Numbered from the stretch's first letter, positions 46,793-57,782 are shown. The stretch is 64,000 bases of DNA from an uncultured virus (IMG/VR IMGVR_UViG_3300008952_002242) (IMGVR_UViG_3300008952_002242:62001-126000); one strand, 5' to 3'. Made by a program: numbers and translations. The notes: generated by a model not told the origin, from the sequence alone.

Positions 46793-47954
46793 TCATATCT
46801 CCGTAATTTTTGCCAACTCTCAATTTTGTCACAAAACCATTTTGTTCAAGAATTTTTCTAATATTCGATAAAATATCTTTCCCATCTTCTTTTGAATAAT
46901 CAAATAAAAAACTATCATAATTGTACAAGACAATTTCAGTCCCCTTATCTAATAAATAGTTATGTAATTCTTTTAACAAAGTAACATTTCTTTCAGTTTC
47001 ATAAGACTGAATATAGTAATTAAATAACTTTTGTGGATTCATATCAGTTAAATTTTCACTTCTCAATGGCCTTTTATAAATATGTGTCTTTTCAAATCCT
47101 TTAGCATTCCAACCTTCCCACATATAAGCAATTGTATCCTTTGTATCTCCAAGAAACTTAACTTCTTCCGCAACCTTTTTTGGTATCCCACCATATAGAT
47201 ATTGAAATGTCTTATTCTTACCCTCTTTTACATCAACACCATACTTATCTGACAAATACTCATGCACTGGTGTCTTTGGAAATTTATATCCTATCATATC
47301 AGCTATTAATCTTGGATGATAAGCATCAAAATCAAATTCCACAAATATATCATTCTCAGGTATAAAACATTGTCTTTGTGTTGGTGTTAAAGCTGCATAA
47401 TTAATGTTATTTATAGCATTTGATGGTCTTGAAGTAATAGTAAAAAAATTATAATTCTGATACACTCTATCTTTATGAATTATATCTGATTTACAATTAA
47501 ATGTATTTATAAACTTCTTCCTATCAACCTTAATACCATTCTTTTCAATTCCATAAAAAGCTTTAGTAAAATCATCATGAAATTTTTCAAAAGCTTTTAA
47601 ATTTATCATACCATCAACTTTATCAAATTTTATCTCCTTAGATTGTTCAACCATTTTTTGTAAAGGATAGAAATATGGAAAATCATCACTTTCAGAGTAA
47701 AAGGTATCAAATTCAAATTTATATTTTGGTACATTATGTTGCCAATAATTAAAAACATTCATATCAGCAAATTTTATTCTATGTCGCAAAAAAGTTCTAT
47801 AGTCAAAACCAAGATACATATTATCTTTATCTATAACATCAATAATTCTCTCTCTATGATTCGCATATATAGTTTTATCATCATACATAAAGATGAGTTT
47901 ATTTAATGGATGACATTTTGAAAAGTTTGGGTATTTTGTTACAGTTATCCCCAT
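46770..47954 (-). CDS. Family A DNA polymerase-like protein (polymerase domain only)
   Basis: TSRPSN, motif A FDFDAYHPRL, motif B K…FQYLYGG, NYYIQS and motif C YNYDSFLF. Confidence 0.75.
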   Translation of the reverse strand: MGITVTKYPNFSKCHPLNKLIFMYDDKTIYANHRERIIDVIDKDNMYLGFDYRTFLRHRIKFADMNVFNYWQHNVPKYKFEFDTFYSESDDFPYFYPLQKMVEQSKEIKFDKVDGMINLKAFEKFHDDFTKAFYGIEKNGIKVDRKKFINTFNCKSDIIHKDRVYQNYNFFTITSRPSNAINNINYAALTPTQRQCFIPENDIFVEFDFDAYHPRLIADMIGYKFPKTPVHEYLSDKYGVDVKEGKNKTFQYLYGGIPKKVAEEVKFLGDTKDTIAYMWEGWNAKGFEKTHIYKRPLRSENLTDMNPQKLFNYYIQSYETERNVTLLKELHNYLLDKGTEIVLYNYDSFLFDYSKEDGKDILSNIRKILEQNGFVTKLRVGKNYGDMNGNTSIS

Positions 47955-47999
47955 ATCCTAATATAACCATTTTTCATAAAAAAACCAAGATATACTTAA

Positions 48000-50900
48000 C
48001 TATTTTCTCCTCTTAACTCCAGTTGAAAGATTTTTACCGGATTGGAAAATACCGCTCATATATGTATTAAGTGCTTCAGTCAATGGGGGTTCAATTATCT
48101 CATAAATATCTAACATACGATCTATAAAATTATGTGGAGTTACTCCTTTATTTAAAGAAAATCCAACAGCTGATTGTGGTAGAATAAAATCAGTAATTCC
48201 CCAAGTGTTCCATCCTTGTCTGGGTGTTATAGTATAATAAATTCTTTTTGGACTTTCAACAGAACCAATAAAATCATCACTATTAGAGGAGTAGGGGGCC
48301 ATCCCTTTCGCCATACTAAAACTCACCCCCAATAATAATCTAGGAACTCTTACACCTTCATAATCATCAGCATCCAAATACTTCTTAACAGCAGGGGGCC
48401 AGTGAGTTTCATCCCACCATTTATTAATACCATAGTTGAAACCCAAAACAGGAGATCCACCCTCTCCATCAGTTCCGTCACCTACCCATTTAGGAAGACC
48501 CAGTAAAGTATCCCATTTTTTTCCTATTATTCTACCAAATTCTTTATACAAAATCAGTTCATTTTTATTCAAAGATCCTATTACATGAGGTAATGCTTCA
48601 TCCATATCATCAATAATACCCCTTACAGATTCCATAAAGAACTTTGGCGGAAGGTTTCGATACGCGCGTCGCCCACCCCAAGCATCCACATCACCCATTG
48701 AGTCAGCAGGTAATGGTGCATGAGGCCACTTTGTAAACTGTGACGATAATAAAGTGAATTGATATGCATAGATTAATGCAAAACCCGCACCGTTTTTGGG
48801 TATATTAAACCTTTGAAAAAGATTTCCATCATCCCATTGCCCCAATTCATCTTCACTATTTACATCATAGAAATTTGTTAGAATTTCAAACCCACGATGA
48901 TCATTCATTTTAGTAGTACTACTAATTCCATCCAAAAGCCCTTTAGGTTGATTACTTTGTTGTTTTTTGGAATAATGTTCACCCATTTTTATAATAACAG
49001 TTTCCGGATCTACACTAATTTTACTCAATTCATCTGGATTAGGTCTCATCATTGAATTATATGTTGTCTCCCAACCAGCACTACTAACTTTATGATCAAT
49101 CCCCATAGTTTGAAAATAAACTTTATTTTTATAATGTTCTGGTAAATAATTAATATCAAATACATCACCAATATGTAACAAATTATTTCCATAAGTTGTT
49201 AATTCTAACTCAACTGGTAAAATAGGAGACACATCATTTGATCTATAAGATGACATATTAGCCTTCTCGGCCAGTGCCAAAGAATACTCAGAAGGAGAAT
49301 TAGCAATAAGTACTATCTTATCTTCTTCAAATATTTCTTTTGCAGTACTATATGCATTTTTTTCTTTATCATCTACCTCTCCATCTCCATCCTTATCCTT
49401 TAATATTCTTTCAACTTCTTTATTATATGCTTCTAAGGCGCCCCCTATCTTTTTATTATATATATCCGTTGCTTTCGCCCCATCAACTGATTTTGTTTTA
49501 CCGGTAAAATCAGTCAGATCAACATCTATAACTTGATATTCCTTTATAGTAGGATCTGGATTTCCCATATCGGGTAAACTCTTAAAATATATTTTCTTTC
49601 CCTGACTTTTATCATCTAATAGTTTAAGCAAACTTAATTTCTTATAAGCACTCTCCTTAAAAAAAACTTTATCATAAGACATATTACTTATTGCTATCAT
49701 ACTAGCCATACCTGCCTTTGGGGTTTGAAATTTTATATCAGCACTCTTTACAAATCCATTTCCACTAGTTAAATCAAATACAAGTTCTACTGGTTCTTTA
49801 ATTGATTGATTTATATCATAAAAACCTATTTGTGACTGAATATCCACTAACCTCACTTCGGATGCATCTCCTGATGTATTCTGCTTTGTAATTAATTCTT
49901 TTTTAGGGCTAGCCATTTTTATTTTCCATGCTCCCTTTGATTCTTCACTTATTTTATCCCAAATATATTCCAATGCATCATTTACATTTTGTTTTTTCTG
50001 AAAAGCTTCACTTATCAAAGCTGTCTTTATAAACAATTCTCTAAGTGGCATCAACCCATTATTGAAATCGTTAGCATAAATTTTTTCTTGTTCTTCTTTT
50101 GTTAGATGTTTCGAATTATAAGATTTTGTCCAATCTTTTGGCATCATAAATACATGTAATCCCTCGTTTTTAAATTTTGGTTGCCTTTGTATTTCATATA
50201 AATTTTCATTCCATTGTATTTTAGATTTTCTAGAATCAAAACCATAAGTTAATGATTCACCATCGGATTTTGATGTCACACCCTCTTCATCATCCACCGT
50301 CCAAACACTTTTAACAAAATTATTTAAAAAAACATCTTCAAATAAACCATATGAAACATATAAAGCCTCTGCCTCTGCACCTACTTCATTTTCTACATTA
50401 GATGAATAATCGAACCACAAATACGCATTTTCATCTGTTACATCTGCATAATAAATACCTCTTATTAAATCATTTGCAGTTAACTTTCCCCATTGTTGTT
50501 CCCTTGCCACAATTAAAGTATCAAAAAACTTTTTATTAGCTTCTTTCAAATTAGGATGAGAAAATGGATTTTGAGTAAGATTATGAAATTCCATTAATGG
50601 ATTTTCTTCCTCAAATCCAGCCCTTGTAGTTAAAATCCTAATTAAAACCTGATCAATCATATTAGCAAAAATAAATTTTAAAGAATTTTCTTCTGAAATC
50701 TCAGCATCTAATAATGAATAATTTCTAGAGACTATTTCTACTGTACATTTAAAACTTCCTAACTCCGTTATACTAGCATCATACTTCCTAACAATCCCAA
50801 TAACAACTTCTAAGTCACCCAAATTATCTCTAACTTTCTGTTGAATCTTCATATCAAAAGATTCCATTGTCATATTATCTTTTATTATTGCTTGTGGATC

Positions 50901-51446
50901 ATATAATTTAAAATTACCAGAACTCCACCCAAAATCAACACAAATCAAAGCCCCAGGCCTCAAAAAGAAAGGCAAAAATATTGTTTCAAAATCTCTCTTA
51001 TTATGAACCTCAAATTCAACACTAGTTGTTCTTAATGCACCCAATGCCCCTTCAGATTTTGAAGAAATAGAAGTTATTCCAGAAGTAGGTTTAAAATATG
51101 GATTTTTTTCATTTTGTACTCTGTAACTACCGTTTACTGATTCAGATGGTGATGGTGTTTCTTTATAAGAAAAATTCCTATTTTCATTTACCGAATGAAA
51201 AACCTTAACAGTATCGGAACCAGTTATATGAGAACCTGATGGAACCATAGCAGTTGCTGTCCACATTCTAGCAAATGGCGTTTTTCCACCAAGATAATCA
51301 TCAAATACTGGATCTCTAGAAGATAAAAAATCTTTATCTTTTTTCGTAGAAAAAGATCCAGTTTGTTTTTGTAATAAATTTAACTTTTTTAAAATACTAG
51401 GAGATGGATTTCCTCCAAATATTCTTTTCTCTACATTTTCGGACAT
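48000..51446 (-). CDS. Baseplate hub-like virion protein (1148 aa)
   Basis: Sits after the tape measure and LysM genes; DFGWS and LPVELELT…GIDHKVS…WET hub-type segments. Confidence 0.6.
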   Translation of the reverse strand: MSENVEKRIFGGNPSPSILKKLNLLQKQTGSFSTKKDKDFLSSRDPVFDDYLGGKTPFARMWTATAMVPSGSHITGSDTVKVFHSVNENRNFSYKETPSPSESVNGSYRVQNEKNPYFKPTSGITSISSKSEGALGALRTTSVEFEVHNKRDFETIFLPFFLRPGALICVDFGWSSGNFKLYDPQAIIKDNMTMESFDMKIQQKVRDNLGDLEVVIGIVRKYDASITELGSFKCTVEIVSRNYSLLDAEISEENSLKFIFANMIDQVLIRILTTRAGFEEENPLMEFHNLTQNPFSHPNLKEANKKFFDTLIVAREQQWGKLTANDLIRGIYYADVTDENAYLWFDYSSNVENEVGAEAEALYVSYGLFEDVFLNNFVKSVWTVDDEEGVTSKSDGESLTYGFDSRKSKIQWNENLYEIQRQPKFKNEGLHVFMMPKDWTKSYNSKHLTKEEQEKIYANDFNNGLMPLRELFIKTALISEAFQKKQNVNDALEYIWDKISEESKGAWKIKMASPKKELITKQNTSGDASEVRLVDIQSQIGFYDINQSIKEPVELVFDLTSGNGFVKSADIKFQTPKAGMASMIAISNMSYDKVFFKESAYKKLSLLKLLDDKSQGKKIYFKSLPDMGNPDPTIKEYQVIDVDLTDFTGKTKSVDGAKATDIYNKKIGGALEAYNKEVERILKDKDGDGEVDDKEKNAYSTAKEIFEEDKIVLIANSPSEYSLALAEKANMSSYRSNDVSPILPVELELTTYGNNLLHIGDVFDINYLPEHYKNKVYFQTMGIDHKVSSAGWETTYNSMMRPNPDELSKISVDPETVIIKMGEHYSKKQQSNQPKGLLDGISSTTKMNDHRGFEILTNFYDVNSEDELGQWDDGNLFQRFNIPKNGAGFALIYAYQFTLLSSQFTKWPHAPLPADSMGDVDAWGGRRAYRNLPPKFFMESVRGIIDDMDEALPHVIGSLNKNELILYKEFGRIIGKKWDTLLGLPKWVGDGTDGEGGSPVLGFNYGINKWWDETHWPPAVKKYLDADDYEGVRVPRLLLGVSFSMAKGMAPYSSNSDDFIGSVESPKRIYYTITPRQGWNTWGITDFILPQSAVGFSLNKGVTPHNFIDRMLDIYEIIEPPLTEALNTYMSGIFQSGKNLSTGVKRRK

Positions 51447-51447
51447 T

Positions 51448-51729
51448 TTACTTCAATTTTGCTTGTTCTGTAGATATAGGTATTCTTAATTGTGTTCCAG
51501 CTTCTATGTTATTACCTTTTAAATTATTAACAGTTGCAATAAACCACCACAAAGAAGAATCCTCATAATATTGTTGTGCTAACATATCACATCTATCTCC
51601 TTGAGTAGCTATTAATAATAAATCCGAATTATCTTCTTCTACTTCTGGCAAATAAGATGTAGTTAACGCTAAACCTACGCGTTTTTCATCTTTTATTTTT
51701 ATTCTATGTGTTTGCTCGTGTCGTTCCAC
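51448..51729 (-). CDS. LysM-like baseplate protein
   Basis: GDRCDMLAQQYY…LWWFIA…N…GTQLRIP. Confidence 0.8.
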   Translation of the reverse strand: MERHEQTHRIKIKDEKRVGLALTTSYLPEVEEDNSDLLLIATQGDRCDMLAQQYYEDSSLWWFIATVNNLKGNNIEAGTQLRIPISTEQAKLK

Positions 51730-53815
51730 TAAATATACCTAATTTTTTATCACCATAGAACTTATCCCTATTAAGTCCTGGCGGTTTTTGATTCAATATC
51801 TGATAACTAATAGACACATCAATTAATTTAGCTAAATTAGTATCAGCATCCCAATCACCTGCTTCACTAACTGTATAGGTTAATGTTTTTATAAATCCAA
51901 ATTGACCTTTGTTTCTACTTCCAATGTGTGCTACATGCAGTTCTGTAAATGGAGCTTTCATTCTAATCATAGCTTTATTATTATCTTCTGCCATATATTC
52001 AGGATAAGCCAAACTAGTCAAATATTCTATTTTTTCATACATAGCAAGCAACTCATCTTTATTATTAGGATATAACCTCAAATTAAAACTTAAATCTCTT
52101 TCGGCTCTTTCATAAAGATATACAGGCTCACTTCTACCAATGTAATTAGTTGATGTGAATGTTGGATTAACATTTTCTGTCAAACCAGTCACATAACCTC
52201 TAAAGTAAAGTAATTTATTATTTCGTAAATCTTTAATCTTTACATAAAAATCATTACTAGCAATATCAAGCTCTTCTCTACCAGTTGGTTTCTGTGAAGC
52301 TATTTTATCATTTGAAATTAAGTCGATTTCCTTATTTAACCATTTAGGTTTCACTTCCGCAGTATTTGCTACTAATTTTAAGAATGGCAATGCTGGATTT
52401 TGAGTAACCGCATCTTTAACAGCAGTAAAATTTTTACGATTCGTAATAGCTTCTTTTACCGTTACAGGTTGCCTCTTTGGTAGATTAAATTTTCTAACCT
52501 TCTTACCAGCAAGAGGATTTAATTCATCTATAAGATTAGTAAATACACCCAATTGATAAACTTTAGAAAGATCCTCAAATCCAGATTTAACCAAATTACT
52601 ATACTGAAATGCTATAGTTCCAGGTCTTCTTATACTACCACCACCTAAACCTTGAAATGATGAATTAAGAAAATTTAAAAATCCAGTATTACCCCAACCA
52701 GGCATTGGAAATGGTGGTAAATGTATATTAGTAGCCAATAAACGAACATTAGATGTATTTACTAAACTTCCAAGCAGATCAGCAAATGTATCACGAATAT
52801 ATTTTTGAATAACAGCTATTGGTTGACTCCAATCAATCTTTCCTGGATAACCATCCCAAATTTTTGTTGGTGATATAGTGAACATAGATGAAAACATAGC
52901 ACCTGTAACATTTTCTTTTACCATAAAGGAAGTGCCGATAGGTGTATCGAAATAAAACTTAGATAATCTTGACCAATCTTCTTTTGACTGATTAAATGGT
53001 AATAAATCTCTATTATCTCCTGATCTTATTGTTCCTTGTTCTACCGAACCTATATCGTTAACAACATAAGGTTCATTTCCTCTCACACCATCTGGAGTAC
53101 TTCTTATATCCATATTACTCCACGCTTGACCTATACTCCACGCCATAGTATTTATAGTAACCTTTTTACCATCCCCAGTTGTTCTGCCAGTATCTATTAA
53201 TATTCTATCAGTTTTTGCTGTTTGATTTCTATTATAAAGAGTATCGAAAACAAAATCACCTTCACCCAATCGGTTGTTCTTTCCTAACTCAGTACTTACT
53301 TCTACTTTCCTAATATCAGGATCAATCATCTTCCCAGAATGTTCGCCATAAAGTTTTAAATCTGTTTCTCCGAATATATTAGGTTTATGTCTAACATCAA
53401 TACTTCTTCTAGCCAAAGTAGTAAATTCACCATCTAATACATCTCTAGCTATTGGACTATCTATTTGCCCCTTTCCAATCTCATTTATTAGAATTAACTT
53501 ATCATGTTTACCTTTACTACCAAATGTATGTTCATCATCTTTTATTAAAGATTGATGTGTTGTTAATTGAATAGATTTATTAGCAAAAACCGAATCCATT
53601 ATTGGATTTGGAGAAAATCTTCCAAAACTATTAACATCCCCATGATAATCACCCACCAATGTATTTGCCGATGTTACCCTTTCCATATAATTTTTACTTA
53701 TATCTCTATAGCCAGATTGATTTCCTATATCAGGACTTACAAGTGGTTCATTATCAGCTAAAGCATTTTTGCTTAAGTCACTAAATACTGATGTTAAATT
53801 TTCTAATCCTGGCAT
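51704..53815 (-). CDS. Baseplate / tail-tube initiator-like protein
   Basis: C-terminal FRGYVTGL…YIGRSEPVYLY…ERDLSFNL; follows the tape measure. Confidence 0.6.
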   Translation of the reverse strand: MPGLENLTSVFSDLSKNALADNEPLVSPDIGNQSGYRDISKNYMERVTSANTLVGDYHGDVNSFGRFSPNPIMDSVFANKSIQLTTHQSLIKDDEHTFGSKGKHDKLILINEIGKGQIDSPIARDVLDGEFTTLARRSIDVRHKPNIFGETDLKLYGEHSGKMIDPDIRKVEVSTELGKNNRLGEGDFVFDTLYNRNQTAKTDRILIDTGRTTGDGKKVTINTMAWSIGQAWSNMDIRSTPDGVRGNEPYVVNDIGSVEQGTIRSGDNRDLLPFNQSKEDWSRLSKFYFDTPIGTSFMVKENVTGAMFSSMFTISPTKIWDGYPGKIDWSQPIAVIQKYIRDTFADLLGSLVNTSNVRLLATNIHLPPFPMPGWGNTGFLNFLNSSFQGLGGGSIRRPGTIAFQYSNLVKSGFEDLSKVYQLGVFTNLIDELNPLAGKKVRKFNLPKRQPVTVKEAITNRKNFTAVKDAVTQNPALPFLKLVANTAEVKPKWLNKEIDLISNDKIASQKPTGREELDIASNDFYVKIKDLRNNKLLYFRGYVTGLTENVNPTFTSTNYIGRSEPVYLYERAERDLSFNLRLYPNNKDELLAMYEKIEYLTSLAYPEYMAEDNNKAMIRMKAPFTELHVAHIGSRNKGQFGFIKTLTYTVSEAGDWDADTNLAKLIDVSISYQILNQKPPGLNRDKFYGDKKLGIFSGTTRANT

Positions 53816-56055
53816 TATACTAAATTCCTCGGTGTACCATGTGCAAGTTTATTAGTTATAGATATTTGTGTATTGTCATGTGATATTTCATTTTTAAGTT
53901 CAAAGGCTCCAGCAAATTTAAGCAAACTATTGTCAAAAACGTCAGCAAATTCGGATTTTGTTAATCCAAATGACTTTTGCATAGCACTCTCTCTTCCAAA
54001 GTTTGGAGCTAAAGTTGGTTCAACATTATCATCTGCAATACTTAATAATGATTTTTCTTTCATAATAATTTCAGGATCTGCTGAACCACCTTCTATATCA
54101 ACATTAGCAGTTGGGGAAACTGCTTGAGCATAAGATGTCTCACCCAAGTTATGAAAAGATTTTGCCTTCGCTGCTTGTGCTGCCATCATACCACCAAAAC
54201 CGATTATAGCAGGGATCCAGAGTGCTGGATGTTTGAGTGCAGCAATTAGTGATCCTACTCCTTTCACATAAGCCTCTGTAAAAGCGGCTTTAGCAGCTAT
54301 GATTAACTTTCCAGCCAAAAATCCGAGAGCAGCACCCACCATTGGTAACAACCAACCCATTTCATCTAAAGCACCCACTAAATCATTAAACACACCAAAT
54401 ACTGATGTCACTATTGGAATAATACTATTTAAAATAGGACCAAATGTATTTGTAAGTTCAACACCAAGTGATTTTATTTGACCAGTCAAAACGGCTAAAT
54501 TAGAAAGTCCTTCCTCTCCTAATAAATCTCCAAAACTATTTGTAGCTAAAGCACCAGCTAATGTCAACTTCTCTGTTTGATCAACCATCTTAGCTAACTC
54601 TGCGGAACTAACTCCAATAGACTTAGCCAATGCTTCTCTTTGTATTAAATTTAAATTATTAAATTCTTCCTCTGAACCCAATTGGCTTACTATTTCTCTA
54701 GTAGCACCAGCAATATCATTACTAAGTGCCAATTCCCTAGCTTTTTGATAATTTAATTCCCTACCCAACAATACCGAAGCTTCCACTTCAGCAGCTACAG
54801 AACTTTCGAAATCCAATAAACCTTCAGCAATTTTTGCAGCAGTATCTAATGATAATCCCATCCTTCTAGCCTGCACAGCAGCTTCAGCAATATTATTACC
54901 ACCATCCTTTGTAAACTTAGCAATAGCTTCGGTAGAACCAGCTATATCTTGCATTACAACAGATGGAGCAACTCCACTTTGTCTAGCTAATTGAAAAGTA
55001 CTCTCTGCCAAATATTCTGCTTCATCTGAAGTGAGATTACTAAGTTGCATGAAATTACCGATTAACTTTGCAGCCTCATCAGTTGATAAGCCGATTGCTT
55101 TACTTGTATCAAATATTGTAGCAGATAATTTGGAAGCCTCATGCAAAGTAACTCCAAAATCTGAAGCCAATGTACTTGTTATAGAAGCAACATCCTCTAT
55201 ACTACCACCAATTTTACTTACTTCTACTTGCGATTCTAATAAATTATCTTTAAAATTATCACTATATCCAACTAAACTACCAAATTTCTTTCCAATTTCA
55301 TCTACTGTACCACTAAAAGAAATAAGCATTGCAATTATTGGTGCAAAACCTAAAGTTGCTAGCCCTAATGCTTTATTGAAGGCCAACATCTTCTCCGTCA
55401 CTTCGCTTTGAGCAAGTGCTTCCTTTTCAACCGCTTCAAGCAGATCAAAATGTGCCTGACCAAGACCTTCAATCTTTCTTCCGTTCTCATCTTCAATTTC
55501 ATTAATTTGAGCCTGAATATCCGCTTTTTGATACAAACCATCATTCACACCCTTCAACAATTCCCTCAGCTTTAATTGTTGTACACCACTCAATTGATCA
55601 AAACCTGCCATTTCTTTTCGACCAGCCTGTAAATCGTCATGCAAATCAACTCTTTCTTTGGTGGCTTGTAATACCTTTCTTCCAGTAAGTAAAGCTAATG
55701 ATTCAGCAACATTTCCTTTTACTAATTGAGCTGCTATATCACCTAATGATGTTTGTTGTTTTTTCAGTAAATTTGTTCGAGCTTTATCTGCCCCAGCAAT
55801 AAGTTTAGCAGTTTTAAATTGTTGAACTAATGATAACCCTATATCATCAGATGTAGCCGCCTGCTTTTCTTTTACACTAGCAATATAATCTTCTAAATCT
55901 GCTTCTCTTTTCTTTAATTTAACTAATTCCTTTGAAGCCTCTACACCCAATTTACCTTGATTATTATAGCGTGCTTGATTTTCTGTAATTTTTAACTGAT
56001 CGTCTTGAATCTCTCTAAGTAATTTTTTTAATTCTTTTTGTGATTCATTAGCCAT
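53815..56055 (-). CDS. Tail tape measure protein
   Basis: Long helical Ala/Leu-rich protein with hydrophobic segments, LLDFESS…ARELAL block; follows the chaperone. Confidence 0.8.
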   Translation of the reverse strand: MANESQKELKKLLREIQDDQLKITENQARYNNQGKLGVEASKELVKLKKREADLEDYIASVKEKQAATSDDIGLSLVQQFKTAKLIAGADKARTNLLKKQQTSLGDIAAQLVKGNVAESLALLTGRKVLQATKERVDLHDDLQAGRKEMAGFDQLSGVQQLKLRELLKGVNDGLYQKADIQAQINEIEDENGRKIEGLGQAHFDLLEAVEKEALAQSEVTEKMLAFNKALGLATLGFAPIIAMLISFSGTVDEIGKKFGSLVGYSDNFKDNLLESQVEVSKIGGSIEDVASITSTLASDFGVTLHEASKLSATIFDTSKAIGLSTDEAAKLIGNFMQLSNLTSDEAEYLAESTFQLARQSGVAPSVVMQDIAGSTEAIAKFTKDGGNNIAEAAVQARRMGLSLDTAAKIAEGLLDFESSVAAEVEASVLLGRELNYQKARELALSNDIAGATREIVSQLGSEEEFNNLNLIQREALAKSIGVSSAELAKMVDQTEKLTLAGALATNSFGDLLGEEGLSNLAVLTGQIKSLGVELTNTFGPILNSIIPIVTSVFGVFNDLVGALDEMGWLLPMVGAALGFLAGKLIIAAKAAFTEAYVKGVGSLIAALKHPALWIPAIIGFGGMMAAQAAKAKSFHNLGETSYAQAVSPTANVDIEGGSADPEIIMKEKSLLSIADDNVEPTLAPNFGRESAMQKSFGLTKSEFADVFDNSLLKFAGAFELKNEISHDNTQISITNKLAHGTPRNLV

Positions 56056-56096
56056 TAATTTGATTCCTTAATATATTAATAAATATTCAAAAAGGA

Positions 56097-56327
56097 TTAT
56101 TTCTTTGGATTGAATCGCCGTGGAATAGTAGGTTGTTCTTTTTGATTAGATTTTTTTATTTCATCATTCTGTTTTTTAACAAATTCAGTATGTTCTTTGA
56201 AATAAAAATTTCTCAAATGGACTGGCATACTATATAAATCATTATATGTAAAGCCAGGATTGGAATGTATAAAGTAAAAAAGGTTTTTATGTAAATTTAA
56301 TTTATCGGATGGACTTTGGCCAAAAAA
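56097..56327 (-). CDS. Tail chaperone C-terminal extension (gp51-like), probably made by frameshift
   Basis: Open +1 frame FFGQSPSDKLNLHKNLFYFIHSNPGFTYNDLYSMPVHLRNFY…NPKK starting at the T7 run; not in ORF track. Confidence 0.65.
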   Translation of the reverse strand, partial: FFGQSPSDKLNLHKNLFYFIHSNPGFTYNDLYSMPVHLRNFYFKEHTEFVKKQNDEIKKSNQKEQPTIPRRFNPKK

Positions 56328-57054
56328 ACTCTACAGTCAGCGGAATTGACACGCTAACTGTTTGACCTCCCATTTCGACTTCCGATGTCAAATCAATATC
56401 GGGTGATATATCACTAATATAATTTCTAAATGCGGCCGAATCTCTAGCCAACATATTCTGTGAAAATTCATTAATAGTTTCTTGTTTTGAATCTCCATCA
56501 ACTTCTGTAATTGTATATCTTAATCTAGTAGATATATCTGTGCTATATCCAACTTTTTTAGATTGTTCTAAATCTTTTAAAATCATGCCCTCTTCTTTAC
56601 CAGTCAACAATCTAAATTTAATATCTGTTTTTCCTACTGGTGTAGTATATTCAAATGAATTATTTGAATAATCAACATTTTCAGATAATTCTTTAAATGG
56701 ACATTTAGATAAATCAAATGTATATTCTATTTTTTCATCAACATCATTTGGATTTCCTATTTCTACTATATATTCTGGTCCATAAGCCAATATACGGGCT
56801 GCAACCAATACAGCATTCTTATCACCCAAAACTAAATCTTTTTGACTAACTCCTTTAGTAACAATTAAACTATCTAATAACTTATCAATAACTACACCCT
56901 TCTTAATGAGATTTTCAGACATCAATATGTCTTCTTCTCGTGTGGTCATATATTTTAATTCCAATTTTCCATTGGCTACTGGTGAGTCTTTTGAATACAC
57001 CTTGCCTTGTGATGGTAAATCTATTATTTCAGTAGGAAATTTATTCTCTGTCAT
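56302..57054 (-). CDS. Baseplate hub / tail assembly chaperone (gp26-like)
   Basis: IDLPSQG, MTTREEDIL, GDKNAVL…RILAYG and C-terminal FFWP. Confidence 0.8.
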   Translation of the reverse strand: MTENKFPTEIIDLPSQGKVYSKDSPVANGKLELKYMTTREEDILMSENLIKKGVVIDKLLDSLIVTKGVSQKDLVLGDKNAVLVAARILAYGPEYIVEIGNPNDVDEKIEYTFDLSKCPFKELSENVDYSNNSFEYTTPVGKTDIKFRLLTGKEEGMILKDLEQSKKVGYSTDISTRLRYTITEVDGDSKQETINEFSQNMLARDSAAFRNYISDISPDIDLTSEVEMGGQTVSVSIPLTVEFFWPKSIR

Positions 57055-57083
57055 AACCTTTAACCTCTTGTTTACTTAATAAA

Positions 57084-57248
57084 CTATTTCTTTTTCGATA
57101 CCATTGAGACAACAGCCTGCCAAATTGGTGTAATTATAGTATCAAAGATAATATCATCTTGCTTTGAAGGCGATAATTTAACAATCTTTTCTAACGTATA
57201 AAAACCAAGCAGACACCATTCCCAATTTTCTGATAGCCATTCAACCAT
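57084..57248 (-). CDS. Small membrane protein (holin-like?), 54 aa
   Basis: Not in ORF track; MVEWLSENWEWCLLGFYTLEKIVKLSPSKQDDIIFDTIITPIWQAVVSMVSKKK, directly after the tube stop. Confidence 0.55.
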   Translation of the reverse strand: MVEWLSENWEWCLLGFYTLEKIVKLSPSKQDDIIFDTIITPIWQAVVSMVSKKK

Positions 57249-57740
57249 TTAGAATTCCAGTATTGCGTAATCATAACGCAGTGTTAGTGTAATTTCAACT
57301 GCTTCAGATGCGGAAAAGTCTAAATCCCCAAATGTAGCATCTTGAATCCAAGAACCATAAAGTGTCCATTTCTCTACAATGTCACCAACAGGTCCTAATA
57401 CTTGCATTGTAATATTCTTCTTATAAAAATCTTGATATCCATCACGACCAGTAGCAGATTCATGATGTAATCTAACCCATTCAATTACTGCAGCAGAAGC
57501 CGATGGAACAATTGGATCATACATCGTAATCTGTAGAGTTTGCCAACGACCTTTACCTTTAACATACTTAGTAATATTCATGTGTTCCAAAGGTACTTCG
57601 TCAAAAGTAATCTGAGGTCTTTGAGTCGTTTTTACCATAAAAGCGGGGATTCCACCTATTTCCATGATAAACCGATTTTTTAGCTTCGGTTCATATGGTG
57701 TGTAAAATACTTTACTCGCTTCTAATAATGTGTTAGCCAC
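57249..57740 (-). CDS. Tail tube protein (gp19-like)
   Basis: Follows the sheath; GKGRWQTLQIT, YKKNI, WTLYGSW and LRYDYA. Confidence 0.9.
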   Translation of the reverse strand: MANTLLEASKVFYTPYEPKLKNRFIMEIGGIPAFMVKTTQRPQITFDEVPLEHMNITKYVKGKGRWQTLQITMYDPIVPSASAAVIEWVRLHHESATGRDGYQDFYKKNITMQVLGPVGDIVEKWTLYGSWIQDATFGDLDFSASEAVEITLTLRYDYAILEF

Positions 57741-57782
57741 TTAATTTCTCCATATAATAATAAATATCAAATTTCTAATTTT

